From: Klebsormidium nitens | Taxonomy: Eukaryota > Plantae > Klebsormidiophyceae | NCBI GenBank assembly: GCA_000708835.1 | Contig: DF237337.1 | Coordinates: 10,904-74,903, forward strand | DNA length: 64,000 nucleotides | Reading direction: 5' to 3' | Part shown: positions 45,421-57,860 of the stretch, one piece after another | How the letters are laid out: each line of letters begins with the position of its first letter | Numbering within the stretch: the stretch's first letter is position 1 | Made by a program: the position numbers and the translations under genes | Notes under the pieces: generated by a model | Seen by the model: only the letters and a program-made list of their open reading frames with translations | Databases searched by the model: none | Told to the model about the DNA's origin: nothing

Positions 45421-47164
45421 CAATTGGAAGAACTCAGTACAGTGTCGTAGTTGGTTGTGGCCTTTCACTGGTCTGTACACTAAATGTTGCGTAATTGGTG
45501 CGACTACCTACTTTGGCATGGTTGAGACGCGCATCAACCCTGAGCTACCGACACCAAGCCCTGATCCGGACCGTTATACAGCTTCTTCACAAGCAGGACT
45601 CAGCTCATGGTCCAAACTGTCAGGGAGGACTCCAATAACGCCGAGTAGTAAACTTAGAACAAGCTCGATCACGGAATAACCAGTGCTTTGGAGGTTACAA
45701 GCATAGCAGTCCATTGAACGATGAACTCTCCAAGTATTGTTATTCGCCGTTGACGTTATTCTTGTCGCACGCGGTCGATTGTCATGAACGTATTAGTACG
45801 TACTATGCTGGCGCAATCCTGCACCCGGGCAGTGCCCACATGTGTCACAGTGTGAAACCTTTCAAATTGTGTAGGCCCGGGCCCGCCGGCGCGCACCAAA
45901 CTTACAGCAAGCGCGTTATATGATCTCTAGTTCGACTCAGTATAAGCTGCTGCGGTGCATTGTGCAGCTGAGACAAGCGCGCCGGCGCATGAATATTGCA
46001 TGACTCCCTGCACATATTGGAAGCCGCGTTAAGGCGCAGGCTTTAAGTCTCTTCTTGGAGTGTAAGTTCGGGTAATGATGCAGATTGTCACTTAAGTTTC
46101 AGTACGTACGTTACAGGACAACATTGGCCGTTCCCCGATATCAAGCTTCGCATGCTCATCATGTTGCCAGTTGACACGAATGGTTGTGGCCGGGCTTGCA
46201 AAGCATGCATGGCGACTTGAACTTTAGTACGGTAAGGACTCACATCAACCGATACTAAGGCCGCGGACGTACTTTTGATATGCAATCGTTCCTAGGCTGC
46301 CAGTGGCGAGCTCGAGTGTTAAGACTCGAGTGTTAATACTGACATTCAATAAAACTTAACGCGGGCCGCGCGGCTTAGACATGCATAGCTGCTTAATTAT
46401 CCGTTATAGACATCAATTAATCCCATGCAGTTTGACGACGTAGTGATGATTCTGAGCTTAGTCTCACCATATTTAGGCAGATATTTGGGAGTGTAGAGCA
46501 ACACGTATAACACACAAGTAAAGTGCTCTCGACGAGCTGTATGCAAGCTGCAATCAGGCCGCGCTCAGGAGATGCTCCGGTCAGCGAGTAGAGTTGGAAT
46601 GAAAGGCTCTCATTTCAGAACAGCTGATTAGCGTTCCCGTTTAGCATCTGCGCTCCATCCCACTGAACGCCTGCAACTCGCTTGGAACTCTTTGGGAACA
46701 AAAAACGTCTAGGCGAGAAACCCAGATATACTGATGTTTTCTGGCGTGCGGCTTCTGGGAACGAATTTTAAACGCACCCTTCAAAACATACTGCGCGTGC
46801 TTATTTGCCCTGGTTGGAAGCAGAAAGACCCAGATCCACTCCTCCCCGGGGAGTGGGGCTCTGCGCTCAATCATTTTTCTGATACAGAACCGCGGCAATA
46901 TCGCGCTTATCCTGTAAGACCTTAGCTACTAGCGCCTGCTAATTGAAGTCGGTCCGGGCCTGCTGAAGACTGAGACACTTCCAACCGGCTCAAACCATTC
47001 CGAGTAGTACGATCCTACTGCTGGCCACCCGTTATACGGTGGAAGTTTGCTGAGTGCCGTCGCGCTTCGGGCGCGCGGCTTGGCGGCTCGCGGCACGGCG
47101 GCCGCGCTGTCTTCATTTCCCTGCGCAGCCGCTTCCGCTTTAGCTTTCGAGCTCCTCTTAGGCT

Positions 47165-47670
47165 ACACGAAGCTGCACCTGAGTACACGTCACGCGTTGC
47201 CATCGTTGCTCGGCTTAGCCAGGGTCCTCCTGATGAAGTGAAAAGAAAGTAGCATGCCTGTCCCGTAGAATCCGCTTGTACGTGGACCGAAAATCAAGAA
47301 GTTCCAGGACACCAGGGTTCAGGTCGTGTTGGCTTGAAATTTAACCCCGGCACCGCGATCTGGTACTGTTCTGCTCGAGGTGGCGAAACGTAACTGTACC
47401 TGGACGTGTGTAAGTAACACACTGATCAGATGAGCATCTGGGCAAAGAAGCCAAGAAGCCTTCTTCGCTGGTCAAAAATGAGGCAATCTGTGCCCGTCAT
47501 CTGACGAAAGATGGTGGCCAAGCAAACTCAACTCGATCGGGTTGGGTCAGACGCGTCTCATATATCTGCGGCGTCGTGAGTTGGGAAGTAGGCTGCTGCC
47601 GACTGGCAATTAGCTTGCGCACCATTGCCTGGTTCTACGCCGTCTGTGATTCAATGTACGCCCAGATTTG
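47165..47670 (-). pseudogene. Decayed copy 1 of an unknown protein-coding sequence
   Basis: Aligns by eye over ~500 bp with 52000-52500. Minus-strand peptides DAADI*DASD, LTSEEG, HLEQNSTRS and TYKR...SLHQE are shared across frameshifts and stops. Confidence 0.55.
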
Positions 47671-50600
47671 TGGCTTTAAAGCACCGAATCTAAATGAGGC
47701 AAAACAAGACCAATCGGCGTCAGAAGCCGGGCTCTTAGCATCGAGAGTCGGAATCAGCCGACGAGAGCTTGTGAAACCGTGACCTTGGTTGATTTTGGGT
47801 CTGATCGCTTTTAAGAGAATTTGTCCCGTCAATTCTCACTGTAACCTTGAACGCGAAGAGGTGTTTGAGACAGTGCTCACGACGGAGATCTCCCAGAGGA
47901 CACCTCACAGCATCAGGTGACACTAGTGGAAACACATAATGCATCAAAGCTGCAGCGACAAGTGAGGAGTACGTGGCAGGTAGCCAACTTACATAAGCTC
48001 CGCATTATCACGGCCGCTCGCCGGCGGGGGCCTTTCCATGTCACCAGATTCTGAACGGACCGGCTTGGCGCCTTCATACGGCCGCTTCGAGTTCGATTCT
48101 TGCCGGGGCGATCGTAAGCGAGCCGGGACTTTCGTGGCCTTAAGCTTCCCGAAACACTTCCTTAGCTTATGCCTCCCGGGGCGACCGCTGAAAGTTGCTG
48201 AACGGGAAATTTAGAGGCGTATATCGATGGGATTACAGGAACCTGGTCCAGAAGGATCTGTCGGAAGTTCCATCTTCCGTACTTGGATTCTGAGAGTAAG
48301 GAGAGTCCCTGGCGTGTTACAGGGACAGAATCTCAAGGCAGGCCTTTACGTCTCCAAGCCGGCCTCTTGCGAAGCCAACAATTCTTTCTTTTGGGCCGAG
48401 AAAAGGGTACTCCAGCCAAACGTTCGACAAGCGAAGCCGATGATGCTGACGAGCTCAAGGTTCATGAAACTGGTACCATAACAACTTCGAGGCGATAAGC
48501 GATGGGCGAACGATTCTGATCATCAAGGGCTTTAAATTTGTCCAAGTTGAAAGGTGCAACCACGAAGGTCACAAGAGGCGCGAGTTTGGCGCTTGAGGCA
48601 TGCCCACGGTTGCGTATCAAATTTGTTGGCGTCGTTCTAGCTTTCTTCCTGGAGAAACTCCATGCGATGTCAGCTCATCACAGCCTGTTCTCAGTCAAGT
48701 GTCAAGCTTACTCTATTAGGCACGTTTCAAAACGGATTTCAGTCCCCTTGTGTTCCTACACTCACTTCGGAATGCGCATATGAAACTGGGATCAAGTGTC
48801 CTGTAGCCGCTCGCAATGCGACAAAAATAAAGCCGCCCAGCTTAATTCGCCCACTCATATTTTGAGGTCTATTTGATCAGCGCAAAGTTACATCAAAGCC
48901 CATAAAAGATAACAAGACGTCTTGCGACAGAAGCCTGTCGCGGTCTCTTTCCTGAACCTGGAAAAGCTGCTGATCGAGAGTCATTCAACGTTAAAGCTTA
49001 TTTCTGACGCCAACGACGTCACTGAAGACGTCATCGATCAGACATTTAAGAACACAGCTCGCCCAGATACCGAAAGGCAGCGGACTTGCTGATCAAAGTC
49101 CCACTGACAGACTGCCCAGAAGAGAGATACTGTGTGTGATTAGCTTCGCGCCGAAAAGAAGCGTCGAGAAACCCAGTGAGATTGAGGGACAGCGCCGTTT
49201 GCAACGTACCATGGCAGCCTTCCAGATTGCGACGGGTGATGATTTCTGAGGTTTTGACAGTGGCCCTGGCTTCCGGACCGTCCGACAGGCCTTCAAAAGA
49301 GAAGCCCTCTTTCCACTGCACGCTCAAGTTACTTTCTATTACTTTAAAAAGTAGAAAGCGAGCTTGCAGCTCCTTTTCTGGTTTGAAATTGAGCAGCACG
49401 GGCGTAAAAGACTGCTCGCTGTTGGTTCTAGAACCATGCTTATAGATAGTCTGGCACAGCGTACTACTAGGTCAGTCATCAACCAACGGCGACAACGTAC
49501 AAACCCCTCTACGTGATCCAAACGGACTAGATGCCAGCCGTTCTATGACCAGAGGTCTTTTCGAATCCTAAGTATCAACGTGGCGTCAGATCCGGCCAAC
49601 TTCATGTGGCAAGGTGCCAGTTTCTGAGGGTATCATAGCCACAACCGAATGCTTCGCAAAACGCAGTTGAGTAGATTGGCGGCGCGAGTACAGGTAGATC
49701 CATAATTTGCCTCGATTGCGTAACCGCTAGTGCTTCGAAGCTGACTGGCTTCAAATATCAAGTCCGTAGGGATCTTCCAAAGCTACCTGTTCTAGCTCGG
49801 CACGCACCATCGCATCTCAATAGGCGCGGCGATCAGGATTAGTTTCTAGGTCCTTCATGCTGATGAGAATCCGGCTTCAGAGAAGGATAGTAAGAAGGGC
49901 CCAAAACCATGGATCAGCTCCGAGACCCAATCGGCCGGGTCCTGGCGGGTATATCAGTGAACCCCACCAACAATCATCGATCTTCAGTGCCTTCCAGGAG
50001 ACGCATGTAAAAAGACTCGTTGCGGAATTTTTGGCGCTGCGGCGCCACTCTTATGGTTAGAAGCTAGCCACGAAGAACTTGCGTATCGTTATTCTGATTT
50101 TTGGCATATACAGCCGAGTATGCGATGATAAACGAATCAGAAAGTTCGTGGGGAAATTGCTTCGTAAACGCGGAAAGACCTGGCGGAGTTAGAAAGGCTC
50201 GATTCACGATGCGAGGCTCTCGAAAGGACGAAAACGACGAGGTCCGATGCCTTTACTAGCATTACGGCAAGGACGGCTCGGGTCAACGCTGTGTCCTATC
50301 ATACGCGTCTGGTGGCCGGGTTCTGCTTCCTCTGTCAAGCGACGGCGAGCGGAAAAGGTCGAAGGTGGACAGATGTCACAGGGTGGCATAGCTAGGAAAC
50401 AGGCAGCCATGAAGGCTTCGTCGAAGATTTCGAAATTTTTGGCAAAGGAGTCGCCAGCTCGTGAAGTTTACAATTTGAGTGGCGGCAAGATTGAGATTGT
50501 TGTTCTTGACGCTTGACGACGTGGCCTCGGCCTGCGCATAAGACCATCTCTGAGCAGTGCAAACACGGCCCACTTGATGGCCGCCTCTTCATCGGCACTT

Positions 50601-51999
50601 ATCTCCCCAGATATACAAAGTCCGCAGAGCAAAAAGAGAGACATTAAAGGATTCTACCGCATCCCTGTTGGGCTGAACTTTGGGGCAATCAGATCCATAG
50701 ATGGAGGAGCCTAGTATGCTCATCGGTCATACCGGAGAGCTGGGCGCATCTTCCAAATGTTGCTACGTCTCCAAATTTGTTTGTCGAGAGATCAACAAAG
50801 CGGAAGCCGATGCTGTCACCTCAGGAGGTTAGAAGAGCGCCCCGACGACGTTTGAAAATCAGAGCAAGCGCTCCGGGAGACGGTTTTGAAAACTGAATAG
50901 CGCCCCAGGAAGTGGTTCCATCTCAGAAATGCGTCCCGGGAGACGGTTCCCGGGTGACAAACGCGCCGCGCCTCGGTAGCCAATCTGGTACGTATGCGCA
51001 AACAAAGAGTTTTGGCTGCTATCGAGGGTGTCTAACGGACTTCAGTGTCACGTTAGCAGATGGGTACCCGGCCTTTAACCTCGTTCCGAGGCTGTTTACA
51101 GCCCAATCCTGGTTAGTGGCCCTCGATCCAATTTCTAACTAGCCCATAAGGAGCCCAAAAGCTTCCATGGTTGAGGGCGGAAAATTCCTGTTGGAGGCTG
51201 CCAGCGAAGGGGCGCGGGACGCACCTGCGGGGACGCGGCCGCGTGCTCCCGCGCGCGCTTTGTATCTTCGCAGCGCTATGCGCAGATTCTGGACCGCTTG
51301 TTCGCAGACTTCTCAGGCCCTCGCGTTTGTAATGAGCGGGTGCGAGGGCCAATGAATGAGGCTCGACGTGAAGCATTCCACACCAAGGGAAGACCCAAAA
51401 CCAGATGAATGTCCGGAAGCCTTCTGAGAATCTATTTCCTACTCCTTGTTTCTTAGTCTCAAAAGTGCAGTAAGAGCCAAATAGGTGAGTCGATTTGCTA
51501 GCAGCTCAGTTCGCCGCGACGTTTATTGGTAGTAGCAGCTAAGAGTGCACCACCAGACTAGAAGCTCTACTCATGGCCCTTGAAGGATTGAAGCGAAACA
51601 TTTGATAAGGCAGGTATTTTTCACGATCTCACCACCCGCTTTGGTCAACGTACAGGCAAAACAGACCGAGGCAGACGATTCAAGTGCAGTTACATACGAC
51701 ATTCAATTGGAAGCTTTACTGCTAGGATAGAGGCCGCGCCCCTGATACTCGGGTCTGCCGCATGTACGCAGACTGCTGTGCGCAAAGTACTGGATACGAT
51801 CGTGCAGGCACGCCGGAAGATCAAGCTCCGAAATCTTGTTTCTGCATTATGAGGCGTCTATCACTCAACATTCCAAATCAAGTTGTTGCCAGCTGATTGG
51901 ATCAAACATCATTGCCGTTGCAGAGCAGCACTCACTTTACAACCTGACCCACGAAGCAAAAAGCTCCCCAGGACCCACGTTGAGAATCTACTGCTCCGA

Positions 52000-52500
52000 C
52001 CCTTTACGAAGCTATTGGATATCAAGTGTCATTGATCGGATTAGCATCGCCGGAAATTCTCGTCATGGAGGGAAAGGATTCTTTCCGTCTCCCAGTAAGG
52101 TCGACGCTTATACGTACACCAGAGAGGAGTGCACCAGGCCGTCATCAGGTTAACGGTATGTTTGACACGGAAGCCCACTGAGATCTTGTGGTGTTCGGCT
52201 TGAGGTGGCTTAACATTCTGCGCCGGGACACTGTAACAAACAGAAGAATAAGGCAGGGAATGGACCTTCGGGCGGAAGGTTGAAGAGGCCTTCTTCGCTG
52301 GTCGAAGTTAGGCCAGCAGTTTTTTTTCCAAAATCACTCGTTTGACAGAGGATGATGGCCCGGCAAATTATGCTCATACTCGTTGAGTCAGGCGCGTCCC
52401 ATGTTTCTGCGGCGTCAAGAGCTTGAAGGACGTTGCTGTCGCTGCCACTTGGCATTGAGCTTGTGCATCACTGCCTCTTTGACACAATTTAGGTACCGAG
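52000..52500 (-). pseudogene. Decayed copy 2 of the same unknown coding sequence
   Basis: For example CCTTCTTCGCTGGTC is identical in both copies, and GATCTTGTGGTGTTCGGCTTGAGGTGGC matches GATCTGGTACTGTTCTGCTCGAGGTGGC. Peptides DAAETWDAPD, TSEEG, HLKPNTTRS and TYKR...SLHDE. Confidence 0.55.
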
Positions 52501-52776
52501 CCATGAGGCGAAGCTCAGTTTGGAGGACTATAAGAGTCGAAGTTCTCAGCCGGCAACCTAGTTGGCTGATATCTTACCGGCTATGGGCTGCATTAGGTTG
52601 GCAAGTACGACGTTCAGAGCTGCTTCCGCTTCCTAGTCTACAAAAAGCGCCGTGTTCTTACAAACATAAAGGGTGGACTTGCTCTCGTGAAGCCTCGTGG
52701 TTCCATCTTGATGACACAAACATTGCCGAGACAGCGGTGAAAACGGAGACACCTACATGATCGAGGTACGACAACG

Positions 52777-52803
52777 TTCTTCTTCTTCTTCTTCTTCTTC
52801 TTC
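52777..52803. repeat. (TTC)9 microsatellite
   Basis: Nine perfect TTC units read directly. Confidence 0.95.
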
Positions 52804-54684
52804 CTCTCTCGTGCAATCCCAATCAGCGGAAATGCACCAACGTACCGTTCCCCAACTTCGGAGTTGCGATATAACCACGGACAGAGGGTTCCACGTCACA
52901 TGCTCTGAAGCTCCAGTCAAGCCCACAATGAGATTTCCCTTCAGAAATTGGCTTCGGATCGTGAGGCGTGCTGACGGCGGAGTATCAACTCCAACGGTCA
53001 TCAGTCTGCTTTCATTGCCAACGATAAGACAGACTTACAATGCGGACACAAGATTACACTAAAGTCGGAGTCCTGTGCCGGCCTTTGAGACATTCAGAGC
53101 AGTTGCTTAGTTTTCGGGCACCGTTCCCCCTCTGACGACCAGAATCCTGCCACGCATACAGCAGGTTTTTTCCATGTCAGGATACAAAACCGAGGTGATG
53201 ACCTGTTCAGACCTAAATCGAAGTACCAGATCTTGATCTGTAGCCGCCGAAAAGCTTTGCAGGAATTAGCAGAGCTCATTCGATGATGGAATAGCATCGC
53301 TGGCCGCGTTTTCTGTGGGAATAAAACGATCAAGACGGCGAATGCTAGGACAAGCGGCCAAAACTATGGTTTCGTAGGCCATCAAATGGAAAGTTGATTG
53401 GGAATCAAGTACTCTCTGGCCTCCAAGACTATGAGCCATTTTCAGACCCACAGGAGGGCCAGAGGAAGAGCGCGCTTCACAAAGGATGGTCCAAACGGCG
53501 GCTCTGGAAAGGCGCAAAAAGGTGTACGTTTTTGTCGACGTAAAAGTCGACAAAGAAACTGTCGTCGTTGCCGAAATTTCTTTTCAAGAAGAAATCTGAA
53601 CCAGAAGCGCAGCTGTGCAGCAATTGGGCTGCCGCCCACAGTCTGGTCTAGAAATAAATAAGTAATCTATTTCGAACCAAGCACACTGCAAAGCAAAAGG
53701 ATGCCGTTCATCAATGATGCAGAAGAGGATAGCTAAGAGGTCTCGCGGGATGAAAGGCGGAGCTGTCGACAGCAGCGAGTACATGGACAATTCAAGAAGT
53801 AGATTAAATACTCACGTTTCGCTTCTCTACGCTTGAGAGTTTACTGGTACGGTTAAGAAGCTGACACGGTTGACAGAGGCCGGAGATGAACATCACGGTG
53901 CTTCGTCGAGTCAGTATTGGAAGTTTTGGCAGAAGCCCTGGCATACGTGGGGTTCTGATTCCGGTGAGTGGCTGTAACACTGCTTTGCAGCATTCAATAC
54001 GTTGGCCTCGACTTGGTGTCCGACAATGGGCTCATTTGCTCATGTCAACCTCGTCCTTGGCACCGTATCGCGGTCTTGAAGTAAATGCAAAACTTGGAAG
54101 CTTCAGCAATGGACAATAGAGAAATGGGGTTTTATCTAACTGGAATCTGGGCTCGTTTGAATCTATTACGGGAAACCTGCTCTCGTGAGGACATTGAAGG
54201 AGCCTCTGTTCATTGTTTACCGCAAAATTCGAAAAGGGAGACCATAATATGGCTGTCAAATTTTGCACTCTTGAAATCTCAGAAAGCGGCGGTCGACTCA
54301 GGAAGCCAAAGAACGCTGGAAGGGAACCGAAAAGAAGGTACGAGATAAGTTCAGCGCCCCGAAAGATGGTTCGGAAACGTATTGCAAGCGCCGATCTAGG
54401 CGACAGTCTGAAATCTCTGTTAGCGGGGCGGCGCGGCGCGCACCCGCGCGCGGAGGTGCGGCCGCGTGCCGGCGTGATTTTACTTCGATATCATTGCCAC
54501 ACGAAAGAGCAGTCCAAACGAACGACTGAGCAGATCTGAGGGGCCTTTGCGCTTGATATGACCGTATAACGAGGTCAGAATCTGGGTCTCAATATAGTCA
54601 CTTCCCCTTGATATCAAGGAAAGCCCGAAAGGAAAGGAAGCTTTGTCGATCTTTCAAAACTCTTCCTCAGGTGATGTATACCAT

Positions 54685-54969
54685 CACAGGGCGGCTTGGC
54701 TCCAAACCGGAGCTGAACCGGGGCTGAATCGGAGCGTTCCGCTCCGGAAAAGTGGCGGACGAACCGAAGCGAGGCCCCGGTTCGAGCCCGGTTTGCTGAG
54801 AACAGGAACCGGTTCATGAGAACGGCTCCAATTCGTATGAACCGATTCCTGTTCCATGCGAACCGGGCGCGAACCGGGGCCTCGCTCCGGTTCGTCCGCC
54901 ACTATTCCGGAGCGGAACGCTTCGGTTCGGCCCCGATTAAGCTCCGGTTTGGAGCCAAGCCGCCCTGTG
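54685..54969. mobile_element. Non-autonomous palindromic MITE with CACAG...CTGTG termini and a 3-bp TSD (CAT); CMC/CACTA-like
   Basis: The left end CACAGGGCGGCTTGGCTCCAAACCGGAGCT is the exact reverse complement of the right end. The whole 285 bp is a near-perfect inverted repeat with many (G)AACCGG sub-repeats. CAT flanks both sides (54682-54684 and 54970-54972). CMCWR termini with 2-3 bp TSDs are the established signature of the CMC superfamily. Confidence 0.85.
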
Positions 54970-56901
54970 CATTGCTTCTTTCCGGAAAGGAAATGCCCAC
55001 CAAGGAAAGGGCACTATCACCAATTAGAGTCACGAGCCCTTAGCAGCTCAGACGAGACAATGATGCTTGGCGGTCCATTGCCAAATCAGAGGCCATCATA
55101 GCCGGTTGCCGTTTGACTGCATGAATCAGCACAAACCAAACGCGTCGAACACCACAGAGAGATGACTGGCAGATCCTGAGTAAAGGCAGGCGTCTAATCG
55201 GATGCGTTATCCTTGAAAGAGCGCCCGCTCTTCGAGTCGACCCAGAAGCCGCAAGCGGAATGCGCTCAGGTCTAAGGTCTCGTTTCTACGCTAAGGCATC
55301 GGTCATAGGAGTGGCTGCACGCGTGGCAATTTGCTGCCAGCTAAAGAAGGCATCTTTGCCCGGCGTTGCGGAGAACTTAGCTATAATCTTGACCCAGTGA
55401 AGCGCTTGCCAGGATCCACTTTGAGTATTGATTTTAGAAAAAGGAGAGCCACGAGCGTCTGATGTGCCTTATTCTCTCGCAAGCTGGCGCAGCGCCGTTG
55501 CACCAAGAGTAAGTATAAGACGCCCCTTGTTGGTGCGTTCACCGAGAAAGCCTGCCAGGCCGACTTTGGGGTTTAGGTTGTGTCAGGGACAAAAGCCCAC
55601 TAAGATTCAGCACTTTCCAGCTTGAAGAAAAACTCTTCACCAGGGCAATATAACCAACATAGAAAGCAGACTGGCATGTTGGCGGAGGGGCCAAAACGAA
55701 GCCTGGTTTAAGTTGCTGATCGCATGTTGTTACATTCAATTGCTAGATTGTCTGCAGCGGGCATATCCTAACCTACTAGTCATACCGGCCTTATGAGACG
55801 CGCGTTTGGGTAAAATATGCGCGGCATCATGACCAATACACACAGGCGCGAATGGCGTGCTGCCCGTCGGCTTAAGCTTGTGCATCATTGCCTCATCAAA
55901 CTATCTGCCCAATTTGAGTGGGATCAAGAGGCAGATCTGGAGAAGGGTAACTGGTTCTGCTCACTCATAAGAGGGCTCTTGGCAACGATGATCAAGCTCA
56001 GCCCACGCGAGAGCTTCTGAAAGGCGACGTGACAGTGTCTCCAAAACGGGCCAGATCGCTACGAAGAAACTTTATCTCGTCGAGTCGAGTGAGGGGGGAC
56101 GTAGACAGATAGAGGCATACGAGATCGGTTTCATGTTTCCTTTCTGCTTCCATCCGCAGCAGAGTCCTTGATTTGGCGGATCAAGAGTCGGTAAAGGTTG
56201 AAGGCCTGCGCCCACAGCCGGCCATTCAGAACGCCAACATCTTCAACATAAAATTTTGTCATGCAGTGTAAGACTTGGAGGATACGGCCTCACTTCCATT
56301 TTTCAAAGACCAAGAGGACGCCGGACGCTTTGATGGCGTCACAAAGAAAGATTTGAGCAGTCAGCAAGGCCGATGAGTCCGGCCAGACAAGAAAGGAACG
56401 CGTAAGCACGTCAGGTCGAAAACGTGCTTCGTCGTACTGAAGCTTCTCACAGAAACTCAATCTCGACAGCAGTGCGTCCGTAGACATTCAGGAAACAGAG
56501 TTTAGTTGATGAGTGATGAAAACGGTTATAGAAACGGGTGGGCGGACGACACGGCTGAATGAGCTGGGAGATCGACGATCACGTGAAGGGGGTTTGCAAT
56601 CCCTTCGCGTCGGCAAATTCACGAAACCTGAAGCGTGAATGGGTGCAACTTGATGCTCTGTTTAATGATGCTCCTTGTAGATAGAGCGTACGTGGCCTCG
56701 GCTCTTGGAGCGACAACGTGTGGGGAGTTCCCATTTGCTGGCGACTTCGTCCTTGCAATTGGCCCGTCAATCTCCTCTAAGCATAATCTAGACTAAGCAG
56801 CCGACGTAACAAGATTAGGTATCTTTATACTCCCTGATCTCAACCGGGATTTGCATCGGATCGCATCAGCGAATTGCTTCTACGTGATGAGGATCCAATG
56901 C

Positions 56902-57860
56902 TTACCAAGTCATCTCAAAAGAGGCCCATCGGCCACACGGGCGGATGACGTCCCCCACTCTCGTGTCCAGAAAGTCATACGGAACGGTGCAGATAAACGC
57001 CGTTGGCTCAAGAGCTTCAAAAAAGCTTTTTGGAGTTTTAAAAGTCGGGTCATAAGCGCCCCAGGAGTCGATGTGAAAAGGCTGTTTGCGGAGCCGCGCA
57101 ACACGCAAGCGCGGGGCCGCGGCCGCGCGCCTGGCGCGCGCAGGTTGCTTCATCGAGCGCCCCATCAAGAGGCCTCGAACATCCGTTTTGCAGACCTTCC
57201 AGGATTTTGCACTTGTTATGAACTGATTCCCGGGACCAAATCCTGGGTCTCGACGTCCCCTGTTCCTCCCTGGAACCATTGGAGGGCCCCAAAATAAAAA
57301 CTCTTTTCCTTGGCCCAAGAGTTAGCTTTGTCCGGGAGCATCGGGCGAGGAGAGCACACATGGATGATTGTCTGCGAACATCTGTTAGGGATTTCAGCCG
57401 CAGCCCGAGCTTAGCGGTAACAAGGAGTGCACCACTAAGTACATTTTATCATCGCCCATTAGCAGTTGATATGAGCCGTTTGTGATAGCATTGATCTGAA
57501 TCTCAAAGACCTCACCTGTGTCTCGTCAACACAGAAGCTGGACGCTTGTATATCGCTTGTCAGGACGGGCGTGCAGAACTCAGAGGTTTGACAACAGCGT
57601 CCAGTTGTCGAGTTGTTCCAGCACGTCAAAGCACGACCTTAGGACCTCAAGGGGCGTGTCATATGGAAACGAGCGTGCATGCGGGAAAAGAAAGGTCCCC
57701 AGAATCATTTTCCAACTTTTAAGCGGAGCATCGGTTGCCGTTTTTGGCAGTCTGCTGCCAGCTATCATGAAATCATTGCCGTATCAGAGCGCTAGGTCAA
57801 GATTAGCCAAGTAATTGTTCAGTAAGTAGAGGTCCAAGAGCTTCTGGTATCAGGAGGGAG
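56902..57860 (-). pseudogene. Decayed reading frame with a RelA/SpoT-like nucleotidyltransferase signature (tentative)
   Basis: One minus-strand frame reads ...IAGSRLPKT...CFDVLEQLDNWTLLSNL*VLHARPDKRYTSVQLLC*RDTGEVFEIQINA and continues in frame into the 56902-57318 ORF. The stops in the motif region are TGA (57784-57786, 57580-57582, 57526-57528). Confidence 0.35.

Noticed and set aside
46374-46386. 13-nt match to the reverse complement of the 18S rRNA 5' region (CTTAGACATGCAT)
   Set aside because: No flanking similarity, so it is compatible with chance.
48040-48112. tRNA-like T-loop (GAGTTCGATTC), also GGTTCGAGCCC at ~54778 and GTTCGAGCCCC at ~61682
   Set aside because: No convincing acceptor, D or anticodon stems could be folded. 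The 54778 case is part of the MITE palindrome.
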